DNA from: a candidate division WOR-3 bacterium | Lineage (GTDB): Bacteria > Hydrothermota > Tepidihabitantia > SM23-42 > JAOAFX01 | DNA length: 44,743 bases | Direction of reading: 5' to 3' | Assembly (NCBI GenBank): GCA_037444665.1 | Contig: JBBILZ010000016.1 | Location: 1 to 44,743 of the forward strand | Shown: piece after piece, positions 8,597-17,512 of the stretch | Position numbering within the stretch: the stretch's first letter is position 1 | Layout: every line of letters starts with the position of its first letter | The notes under the pieces: model-generated | What the model was told of the DNA's origin: nothing | The model's database searches: none | Seen by the model: only the letters and a program-made list of their open reading frames with translations | Program-made: the position numbers and the translations under genes

Positions 8597-9010
8597 ATGC
8601 CAAACAAAGTCGTGGTACACTATTTAGACCATCGTATTGAACGGGGTTATACCTCTGATTTCCGTCCGGATAAACCGTTGTTTCATTTGATTGTCAAAGA
8701 AAACGATAAAGAAAAATCCTTGCCCGTGAAAATCGCAAATCTCAAGGCAGTATTCTTTGTGAAAGAATTGAGGGGAAAATCAAGGACCAGACCGGTCATA
8801 AAAAAGACCTTTGAGGATATTGAAGATAAGAATCTAATCGGAAAGAAAGTAAAGGTAGAATTTGTAGATGGTGAGGTCCTTTACGGTATGACAATGGGCT
8901 ATTCACCACAGCGTCAGGGTTTCTTTTTTACTCCAATTGACCCGGAGAGCAACAATGAAAGAATCTTTGCCGTGCTGACTGCAGTCAAGGATATAACCTT
9001 CTACGATTAA
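8597..9010 (+). CDS. Conserved hypothetical protein (DUF6982-like)
   Basis: NKVVVHY.D....GY..DF...LKAVFFVK...V.F.DGE...G...GY...QGFFF.P.D..SNNERIF. Confidence 0.65.
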   Translation: MPNKVVVHYLDHRIERGYTSDFRPDKPLFHLIVKENDKEKSLPVKIANLKAVFFVKELRGKSRTRPVIKKTFEDIEDKNLIGKKVKVEFVDGEVLYGMTMGYSPQRQGFFFTPIDPESNNERIFAVLTAVKDITFYD

Positions 9011-9026
9011 ATATACAGAAAGTCTA

Positions 9027-9054
9027 TTGATTTTACATTAATAATGAGTATAAT
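9027..9054 (+). promoter_or_regulatory. Putative sigma70 promoter
   Basis: TTGATT-16 bp-TATAAT; GGAG Shine-Dalgarno before ATG 9073. Confidence 0.55.
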
Positions 9055-9072
9055 TTTAAAAATGGAGTATCT

Positions 9073-9438
9073 ATGGATATTATAAAAAAATTAAAAAAGG
9101 ACAAAAAACCAGAGACAGTTTTTGACACATTGATTAAAAAGAAATCGGGTGAAGAGATTCCTGTTGCAAAACCAGAGGATATGGAAGTTACGGCAATAAA
9201 TCCGGATAAAGCACCTGCCGATGTTACACCCATTAAAGAAAAAAGCGAAACTGGTCCTAAACGGGAATTCAGAACCGAAGGGATGCACGAATTTGACATA
9301 GAAAGTTTAGGTGTTGATGGCATCGCATCGCTAAAGATTGAATATAAAGCAAAGATTATGGCTTTGATTGATGATAATAAATTTGATGAAGCCATTGAAT
9401 TATTAAAGGAGCTTAAAGAAAAAACCCGGGGTACATAG
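9073..9438 (+). CDS. Hypothetical protein
   Basis: 121-aa ORF with a GGAG RBS; its stop overlaps the next start. Confidence 0.7.
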   Translation: MDIIKKLKKDKKPETVFDTLIKKKSGEEIPVAKPEDMEVTAINPDKAPADVTPIKEKSETGPKREFRTEGMHEFDIESLGVDGIASLKIEYKAKIMALIDDNKFDEAIELLKELKEKTRGT

Positions 9439-10416
9439 TGAATGTTATTATTCCGGTTGCCGGCGAAGGGATAAGACTAAAACCGCACACCTACTTTTTA
9501 CCAAAGTGTCTTTTATATGTCGCAGGAAAAACAATATTAGAATACATCTTTGATAGTATTGAGCCTTTGAATGTTTCTCAGGTTATTCTCGTGCTCGGTT
9601 CAAATGCCGAAAAGATAATCCAATTTTGTAAAAAATTTTCTTTTAATTTTAAATATATTATTCAAAACCAGCGACTCGGCCTTGGTCACGCCATCTACCT
9701 TGGCTCAAGAGGATTAAAGGGTCCGACCCTTGTATTATTGGGTGATACAATCATTGATTGTAATATTAAAGACTTTGCTGGTAATACCAATAAGCTGGGT
9801 GTCAAAAAGGTGGATGACCCCCAGAGGTTTGGTATTGTTGAGACCGACGGAAAAAATGTTTTAAGCGTTGTAGAAAAACCAGAAAAACCAAAATCAAATC
9901 TTGCAATTGTGGGCATATATTATTTCAATGATATTCAGAAGCTTAACCGGGCAATGGCATCAGTTATAAAAAAAGGGATAAAAACAAAAAATGAATTTCA
10001 ATTGACTGATGGCTTAGCAATGTTATTAAAAACAGGTGAAAGATTCCAGATTGTAAAGATAAAAAATTGGTTTGATTGTGGCACACCAGATTGGCACACC
10101 AGATGCACTCATTGAGACCAATCGCCATCTGCTCAAAAAAAATAATCGTGTCCTGCGGTGTGCAAAAAGCAGAATCATTCCGCCAGTCTTTATTCCTGAC
10201 TCTGCAGAGATTATTAATTCCATCATTGGACCTTATGTTTCTGTCGGTGAATGTGTCAGGATTCATAATTCAATAATCCAGGATTCAATTATTAATAGCA
10301 AGGCAGTGATTGAAAACACAATGTTTACCCGCTCAATCATTGGTCAAAATGCGGTTGTCCGCGGAAGTTTTAAGAAATTGAATGTGGGCGATTTTTCAAT
10401 GATTGAATTTCCATGA
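9438..10416 (+). CDS. Sugar-phosphate nucleotidyltransferase (long-form glucose-1-P thymidylyltransferase-like, LbH tail); split by a 13-bp duplication
   Basis: IPVAGEGIRLKP, PK, Q..RLGLGHA, LGD and EKP motifs. Removing one copy of 10079-10091 gives WFDCGTPDALIETN and a single 321-aa ORF. Confidence 0.88.
10079..10104 (+). repeat. Perfect 13-bp tandem duplication (frameshift)
   Basis: TGGCACACCAGAT x2. Confidence 0.92.
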
Positions 10417-11402
10417 TGTGTTATTCTTTTATCACCATCTCTTTATTAATTTCGGATTTGAACCTGAATCCACCTGAGTTGCAAAATTTTATCCAGTCTG
10501 GACTCCAATTTGCATATATTGAAAATTTTGATAGCGCTGATGTCTATTTTCAAAAGGTGATTGATCAATACCCGGAACTACCTGCTGGATATTTTTTTAA
10601 ATCTGCCCTGTTGCAGCTGAGAATGATGGATGGCTGCAATTTTGAAGAAGAAAAAGAATATCAGCAATTGATGAAAAAGGTGAGAGATATCTGCGAAGAT
10701 ATTCTCAAGGAAGAAGATAATCTCTGGGCAATGTATTATCTTGGTTCAAGTTACGCATATCAGGCAGTTTACGAAGGGTTAAAAGCAAATTATGTTGAGA
10801 CCTTTAGTTATGGTGTGAAGGGCGGTAGGATATTACAGAATATTATAAAAAAGGATTCATTATTTTACGATGCATATTTAGGATGCGGCACTTTTGAATA
10901 TTTCTGGGCGCGGGCGAGCAGGTATTTGCCATTTTTGAAATTGGCTGATGGCGATGTTAATGAAGCAATCAGAAAATTGCATATTGCTTCAGAAAAAAGT
11001 TTATACTCTGGTCCCACTGCAAGGAACTCCCTTGTCTTTATCTATGGAGAGGAAAAACAATTTGATTTAGCAACAAGAATCGTTGATGGTCTGATTACTG
11101 AATATCCCGGATCAAAAACATTCCACTGGAACAAAGCAGAACTTGAATTCAAGAAAAAAAATTACCAATCTGCGCTTGAGGTATATCAATGGCTCTTTGA
11201 CCATTATACAGATGAAAAAAATTATTCCAACCTTGCCCAGTGTAAACTTTATATTGGCAAGTGCTATTTTGAAATGGGTAAAAAAGATGAAGCAAAGAGC
11301 GCATTAAAGGAAGTGGTCGGTTATAAAGTTTATCAGAATAAGTATCCAAAAATAAAGGGGTATTGCCGTGAAGCATACAGCCTCTTGAGTAAAATACTAT
11401 GA
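10413..11402 (+). CDS. Exported tetratricopeptide-repeat protein
   Basis: Hydrophobic N-terminus; helical repeats such as A.VYFQKVIDQYP, DAYLGCG and LYIGKCYFEMGKKDEAK. Confidence 0.75.
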   Translation: MMCYSFITISLLISDLNLNPPELQNFIQSGLQFAYIENFDSADVYFQKVIDQYPELPAGYFFKSALLQLRMMDGCNFEEEKEYQQLMKKVRDICEDILKEEDNLWAMYYLGSSYAYQAVYEGLKANYVETFSYGVKGGRILQNIIKKDSLFYDAYLGCGTFEYFWARASRYLPFLKLADGDVNEAIRKLHIASEKSLYSGPTARNSLVFIYGEEKQFDLATRIVDGLITEYPGSKTFHWNKAELEFKKKNYQSALEVYQWLFDHYTDEKNYSNLAQCKLYIGKCYFEMGKKDEAKSALKEVVGYKVYQNKYPKIKGYCREAYSLLSKIL

Positions 11403-11482
11403 AAAATGCAGAAATTGATATTGTAATACAAAAAAGGAGTGAGTTTAGTTCGTAAGACCATTGATTTAATAAGGAATCAAAT

Positions 11483-12759
11483 ATGGGTGGTGCATCAAGA
11501 AAAAGGTTGTTAATTATAACATATTACTGGCCACCCTGTGGTGGTCCGGGTGCAATAAGGCCTGTCAAATTTGTGAAATACCTGCCTGAATTTGGCATTG
11601 AACCAATAATCCTTACGCGCAAGGATATTGCATACCATTCATTGGACCAGGAATTAGGTAAAGAATTGAAAAATATCCCTGTCTTTAGAACTGAATCGCT
11701 CGACCCGGCGCGCATCCTATATATTCTCGGCATGCACAATTATCATCCACAAAAGTGGCAGGTGCCCATAAAAAAAGCACTGAACTTTCCTGATAACAAG
11801 ACAGGCTGGATACCATTTGTCTGTATCAAGGCATTAAATATTGATTTTGATTATATTTTTGTAACTGCACCACCATTCAGTTCTTTTATCACTGGCTACA
11901 TTGTTTCAAAAATGACTGGCAAACCATTGATTCTGGATTTCCGCGATGCCTGGCTTGAATTCCCCTTTATGCGCTACGAAAACAGATTGCAGAGAAATTT
12001 TGTTGCCTACTGGGAAAAGAAGGTGGCAAAATTTGCCTCCTGCATTATTGCCGTGAGTGACCAAATCAAGAGAACCCTTATCAGTCGTAGCCTTGAACTG
12101 GCAGAGAAAATCTGTGTAATCCCGAATGGCTATGACCCGGACGATTTTCCACAGGTTGCCCTGCCTGAAAAATTCACAATATCCTACATCGGAACAGTAA
12201 GAGAAGAAAGAAATCCTGAAACATTTCTTATGGCAGTTCAGAATTTTATAAGGGATACAAGACTCTCACTGAATGAAGTTGAAGTAAAATTTATAGGTTA
12301 TATTGATGATGAATATTTAAAGATGATACAGCAATATCCTTTTGTTAGAATTTTAGGCCACCTCTCACATTATGAGGCACTCAGGGAGTTCTGCACTGCC
12401 CATTTAGCATTTATTACTACAACTGGTGACGAATTCTTTTTCCCGAGCCGACAGAATGAATACCTTGCCAGTGGTCTACCAATCATCTGTTGCGGCTGGT
12501 CAGGAGGCTTTCGTTTTGCGGCTGGTCAGGAGGCTTTCGTTTATTAAAAGAGGCATTAGACCGTGGATATCCAGGCAAGATATTTGATTATGAAGATGTA
12601 ATAGGAATGAAAGGCAAAATTCTCGAAATCTTTGTTCAGTATAGATATAATAAGATACAGAGGGCAAGCCACCCATTTCCTGAATACACAAGAAAGAATC
12701 TCACGCGCCTGCTTGCAGAACAGATACACAAACTACCCAAAAAATTAGTTAGCGATTAA
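11483..12759 (+). CDS. Glycosyltransferase family 4; split by a 26-bp duplication
   Basis: LIITYYWPP..GPG..R, TAPPFS, LDFRDAW, IPNGYD and EYLASGLPII. Removing one 26-bp copy gives a 416-aa ORF. Confidence 0.87.
12490..12541 (+). repeat. Perfect 26-bp tandem duplication (frameshift)
   Basis: TTGCGGCTGGTCAGGAGGCTTTCGTT x2. Confidence 0.92.
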
Positions 12760-13834
12760 ATCCTTTTATCTTTCCAATAATATTTCTTATATTTCTCTCT
12801 GTAAGAGTTTTGTGCTCCAAAATCGTATAGCGCCAGGGACGAATTTTTTTTGCCTCTAAAATAGCCCTCACAAATTGTGCTGAACTGACTTTCAAATAGG
12901 ATATTTGAACAGGAAACTTTATTCTCCTGTATAATTTTATTACGGGGTGTAGATATTTATTCTTCTGAAAAGTCATAGTAAAAAGTGTAGCAATGCCGAC
13001 CTGTTCACCATGGAGTATATTACGGCACGGATATAGATGGTCCAGCGAATGGCTTATCTTATGTTCACTTCCGCTTGCCGGTCTTGATGAGCCAAGAAGA
13101 CACATTGCAAGGCCACTTTTAATCAATCCATCACAGAGCAATTCAAGAAATTTCTGGTCTTTTATATTTCCTGTGTTCAATTTCAAAAGTCTCACTGCAC
13201 CAACCTCTGCTAATCTGAGGATCTCAGGATTAATTGTTTCTTTCTTTCTTTTGTCTGCAAGTCGGCAATCAAAGACCGCAGATAGATTAGAGATTAAATC
13301 ACCCACACCAGCGCGCAGGTGTTTTATTGGTGCCCTTTTAATGATATTAAAATCTATAATTATACCATACGCTGGCTTTGTCAGATGGCTCACTGGAATA
13401 CCAGCTTTATTTGTTATTACTGAAACCGGCGAAGATATCCCATCATTGGATAAAATCGTGGGAATACTGATAAACTTTATTTTATTCATTCCACTTGCGA
13501 GTTTTGCAACATCAAGAATCTTACCTCCACCAAATCCGATTAACAGCTCAGGTTTAATTTTTTTTATTATCTTTACAACCCGCGTAACAGTCTTTTCGTC
13601 ACTTTGGTCAATGAATTTTGTAAAAACAGATAATCTATGAGCCCGCAATAGTTTAACAATCTTATTGCCACCGATTTTAAATGTTTTTTTATCTACCAGA
13701 ATAAGAATTTTTTTCACATTTATATTATTTTTGCGGAAAACTTTGTAAATATCTCTTATATTGTATTCTCCAACAACAATAAATTTGGGAACTCTTACAT
13801 TGTTAAAAGTATTTTCCTTTCTTTTCTTAGCCAT
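12749..13834 (-). CDS. sn-glycerol-1-phosphate dehydrogenase family protein (EgsA-like)
   Basis: GGGKILDVAK, PT.LSNDGISSP, AGVGDLISN, SSRPASGSEH.ISH.LD and LHGEQVG. Confidence 0.82.
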   Translation of the reverse strand: MAKKRKENTFNNVRVPKFIVVGEYNIRDIYKVFRKNNINVKKILILVDKKTFKIGGNKIVKLLRAHRLSVFTKFIDQSDEKTVTRVVKIIKKIKPELLIGFGGGKILDVAKLASGMNKIKFISIPTILSNDGISSPVSVITNKAGIPVSHLTKPAYGIIIDFNIIKRAPIKHLRAGVGDLISNLSAVFDCRLADKRKKETINPEILRLAEVGAVRLLKLNTGNIKDQKFLELLCDGLIKSGLAMCLLGSSRPASGSEHKISHSLDHLYPCRNILHGEQVGIATLFTMTFQKNKYLHPVIKLYRRIKFPVQISYLKVSSAQFVRAILEAKKIRPWRYTILEHKTLTERNIRNIIGKIKGFNR

Positions 13835-13949
13835 AATATAATTTTATTAAGATTAATGAATTTTTCATATAAGTCAAGACTGGATACCTACTACCTACTA
13901 TCCTCCCATCTTCCCATATCCATTTTCACCCTGCATATGGCTTACACTA

Positions 13950-13977
13950 TTGACAGTGACCCAATTGTGATTAAAAT
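13950..13977 (+). promoter_or_regulatory. Putative sigma70 promoter
   Basis: TTGACA-16 bp-TAAAAT; GGAG RBS before ATG 14023. Confidence 0.6.
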
Positions 13978-14022
13978 ATTTCCGATGTCAATGACACTGA
14001 AATTTAAATACGGGAGAAAAAA

Positions 14023-16560
14023 ATGGCAAGTTTTATTTTGATAATCTTTCTTTTTAATGGTATTACCGGAAAAATTCAGGGCATTGTGAAAGATGAACAA
14101 ACAAATGAACCAATTCCATTTGCTGATGTTATAATCTTAAATACAGAAATGGGTTCAGCCACTGATGACCTTGGTAATTTCGTTATCCTGAATATTCCGC
14201 CAGGCAATTACAAACTTGAAGTCTCTTATATTGGTTTTCAAACAGAAAGAATTGAAAATGTTGAAGTGGAAGTGGATAGAACGACCCGATTAAATATTTC
14301 TTTAAAACCAAGTGCACTTGAAATTGCACCAGTAACGGTCTATGGCGAGACCCCTGAAATCAAGAAAGATTATGTTGCCACAACACATATTCTGAGGAAA
14401 TTTGAGATTACAACTTTACCTGTTGATTACACTCCCACAATAATTACATTCCAGGCAGCGGTTGCACGCAGGGATACTACATTACATGTGCGTGGAGGCA
14501 GGGCAACCGAGGTTCAGTATATGGTTGACAATGTCTCAATCATTGACCCGCAGACCGGTGACCCGGCTATTGAAATTTCCAAGGGTATTGTGGATGAAGT
14601 AATATTCTTACCCGGTGGTTTTGATGTAGAATATGGTCGGGCAATGTCTGGTGTAGTAAATATGATTTCAGAAAAGCCAGAGAAAAAATTACAGGGTATG
14701 GGCTATGCCAAAACCGAAAAGATTATGCCTTTTTATTATGACTTTGGTTATGAAACATATCAATCAACAATCCATATTCCGCCGACAAAAAACTTACAGG
14801 GACTTTTCTCTGTAGATGTAATGCAGACCAATGACTGGGACCCAAGGCTCTATATCTTACCCCATAAACAGAGAAAGGATTATTCGTTATATACTAAGTG
14901 GCTCTTTGCACCATCAGGCAAATTCAAATTAGGTTTAAGTGGTGCAAAATCAAGGAGTCAGTTTGACCGTTATTCGGGTCAGGAGCCTTTCTTTAAATTC
15001 TATCTTGACCACTATCGCTCAGATATGCGGAAAGGAGATTTAGGAGCACTGAATTTAAATTATTTGCCCGATAATAAAAAATTATTCAATCTTACTGTAA
15101 GTCGTCTTTATACAAAAAAGACTTTTGGTGTGCGTGAACCTGGCCCATACCAATTATTTGATGATTTTAGATTCCGGGATTACCGAACTCTGAAATGGCC
15201 CTATGGTACTCATAAAAATCCATTCGGTGTTACCTACTACAAGGTTATCAGCGAAGGTGATTATCCGCAGTATGGTGAGAAATCCTCTGAAATATACAAC
15301 ATCAATCTTAAAACCAATCTCCAATTGCATCAATACCATGAAATGAAAGCCGGGGCTGAATATATTTATCAGACTCTTGATAACTTTAACTATCTGGTCA
15401 GCGGCGATACACTCAATCCCATTGCTGATGATTACACGCACAAACCAAAGGAATATTCAATCTATATCCAGGATAATATGGATTACAAGGGGTTCTTTTC
15501 AAAATTGGGTGTGCGATACGATTATTATGATGTGGATATTGAAGGCGTAAAACCAAAGATAAATATCTCACCGAGGATTGGTTGTTCTTTTCTAATTTCT
15601 GAAAAGTTTCTTTTCCGCGCAAATATTGGCCGTTATATCCAACCACCACTCTATGATTTTGTCTATTCTTTTTATGGACTCCTTCCCCTTGCTCCACAAT
15701 ATTACAATTATATTTCAGTTGTTGGAAATCCTGAACTAACTCCCGAAAAAACATTAAGCTACGAGATTGGATTTCAGGGGCTAATAAAAGAAAATCTTAC
15801 TGCCAACACAAATATTTTTTATAAGGATGTCAGTGACCTAATCGGCACCCGTTATGTGATTGACCTGCCTCGTGGATATTTTCAATATTATAATGTAGAA
15901 TATGCCAACATCAAAGGGATTGAAACAATCCTGGAATATAAGAACAATATCTTTTCTGGAAAAGTTTCATACACCCTATCCTGGGCAAGAGGCACAAGTT
16001 CTTACGCCGGAGAATATGCAGATACTGCCATAAGCAGACCTGCCACAGAGTATTATCTTGATTTTGACCAGCGCCATAGATTTTTTATCCAGGGTGGATT
16101 GAATGCACCTTTCGGCACAAATGTTTTTATCCTTGCCTATTTTGGTAATGGTTTCCCCTATACACCGCCTGGCTATTTAGGAAAATACGAAGAGCGTAAT
16201 ATCTTCCAATTACCATTCCAGCGCCAGATTGATTGTGTGATTGCAAAAGATATTAAACTCAATAGAATTTCATTTAGCGTCCAGATGGAAATCATTAACC
16301 TGCTTGACCAGAGATATGCAGTAGCACCACATTATCCACTGATGCCGATAGAAAATGTCAGAGCCGATGATTTTAACGATTATATTCCAATAACAAACCC
16401 TTATTATAACCCTGCAGCTGATCTGAACCACGATGGAATTATGGCACCTTACGAAACATATTATTCTTTTCGCCAGCTTATTATTGCAACCGATGATTGG
16501 GTTGCTGCATATACTGCACCAAGAAGGGCAAGAATTGGAGTAAACATTAATTTGTGGTAA
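14023..16560 (+). CDS. TonB-dependent receptor with N-terminal carboxypeptidase-regulatory-like domain
   Basis: TGKIQG.VKD..T.EPIP; plug HVRGGR..EV.YMVD and GGF..EYG.AMSGVVN; GNPELTPEKT..YEIG; C-terminal PRRARIGV...W. Confidence 0.9.
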   Translation: MASFILIIFLFNGITGKIQGIVKDEQTNEPIPFADVIILNTEMGSATDDLGNFVILNIPPGNYKLEVSYIGFQTERIENVEVEVDRTTRLNISLKPSALEIAPVTVYGETPEIKKDYVATTHILRKFEITTLPVDYTPTIITFQAAVARRDTTLHVRGGRATEVQYMVDNVSIIDPQTGDPAIEISKGIVDEVIFLPGGFDVEYGRAMSGVVNMISEKPEKKLQGMGYAKTEKIMPFYYDFGYETYQSTIHIPPTKNLQGLFSVDVMQTNDWDPRLYILPHKQRKDYSLYTKWLFAPSGKFKLGLSGAKSRSQFDRYSGQEPFFKFYLDHYRSDMRKGDLGALNLNYLPDNKKLFNLTVSRLYTKKTFGVREPGPYQLFDDFRFRDYRTLKWPYGTHKNPFGVTYYKVISEGDYPQYGEKSSEIYNINLKTNLQLHQYHEMKAGAEYIYQTLDNFNYLVSGDTLNPIADDYTHKPKEYSIYIQDNMDYKGFFSKLGVRYDYYDVDIEGVKPKINISPRIGCSFLISEKFLFRANIGRYIQPPLYDFVYSFYGLLPLAPQYYNYISVVGNPELTPEKTLSYEIGFQGLIKENLTANTNIFYKDVSDLIGTRYVIDLPRGYFQYYNVEYANIKGIETILEYKNNIFSGKVSYTLSWARGTSSYAGEYADTAISRPATEYYLDFDQRHRFFIQGGLNAPFGTNVFILAYFGNGFPYTPPGYLGKYEERNIFQLPFQRQIDCVIAKDIKLNRISFSVQMEIINLLDQRYAVAPHYPLMPIENVRADDFNDYIPITNPYYNPAADLNHDGIMAPYETYYSFRQLIIATDDWVAAYTAPRRARIGVNINLW

Positions 16561-16612
16561 AAAATTTAGAGATAGAATTCAACAACAAGGCATTTAATAA
16601 GTGAGGTGCAAA

Positions 16613-17464
16613 ATGAAAATTGATGAACCAATTTTTCTTAGAAATCTATTAGTCTATCCATTAAAAAATGGTCTGGATAAGAAAAAATTAAATATTAATT
16701 CAATTGAAGATAGTATCTCCACGCAAAAGGGTAAATTTACAGAGTTAGATGTTCCAGATGTAAATAAAATAGTATTTGACAACGGCGGTGATTCCCCGGT
16801 CTTGATGATTGATGGTGAAGAAATAACTGGTGCTATGCAAAACCGCATCATTGCTCGGTCAACAATGGTTGAACCACATACCAGAACTAATATCCCGGTC
16901 ATCTGCGCTGAGCAGAATAGATGGAAAGAACTCAGCACATTCAAAACTGGCTATTGCTCTTATCCAAGAGTTCGTTCAATCCTTGCTAAATCACAAAATA
17001 AGAGGATTGATATTCAGAAAGAGGTATGGAAGGAGATTGAACGGAAATTAACCATTACCAGAACCAGGTCAAAAACTTCATCAATGCACGAAATCTTTGA
17101 AAATCTTGAAGATGAAGTTGAAAGATACCTGGAAGGATTTGAGGGTTTAAATCACAATACAATTGGTTTTATTGGAGTTGCCGGTAATAAGATTTTAGGC
17201 TGTGATATTTTCCGCACACCTGAGATTTACCATAAATTTGAAAAGAAATTACTGCGCAGTTATATCCTTGATGCAATTGAATATCAACAGAAAAGTGGAC
17301 CGTCACCTGCAGTAAAAAATTTCTTTGAAGCAATCACACCAAAATTTACTTCTGTCCAAACAGAAAAGCCAATTGCACATTTGAATTTCACGGGAAAAGG
17401 TTTTACTGGTCAGGCAATCTTTTATAAAAATGAACCACTCCATATCTCTGCGTTTTCAAAATAA
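16613..17464 (+). CDS. ARPP-1 / DUF6569-like domain protein
   Basis: L.IDGEEI.GA.QNR......V........IPV.C.EQ.RW...Q..VW motif; GAGGTG RBS before ATG 16613. Confidence 0.7.
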   Translation: MKIDEPIFLRNLLVYPLKNGLDKKKLNINSIEDSISTQKGKFTELDVPDVNKIVFDNGGDSPVLMIDGEEITGAMQNRIIARSTMVEPHTRTNIPVICAEQNRWKELSTFKTGYCSYPRVRSILAKSQNKRIDIQKEVWKEIERKLTITRTRSKTSSMHEIFENLEDEVERYLEGFEGLNHNTIGFIGVAGNKILGCDIFRTPEIYHKFEKKLLRSYILDAIEYQQKSGPSPAVKNFFEAITPKFTSVQTEKPIAHLNFTGKGFTGQAIFYKNEPLHISAFSK

Positions 17465-17512
17465 GAGAAAAAAATTTATCTATTGATTACCTGTTTTTCT
17501 TATTCCTGACCA

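Noticed and set aside
12993..13640. 215-aa plus-strand ORF and other long antisense or overlapping ORFs in the track
   Set aside because: They lie opposite or inside genes with clear family motifs and show no motifs of their own.
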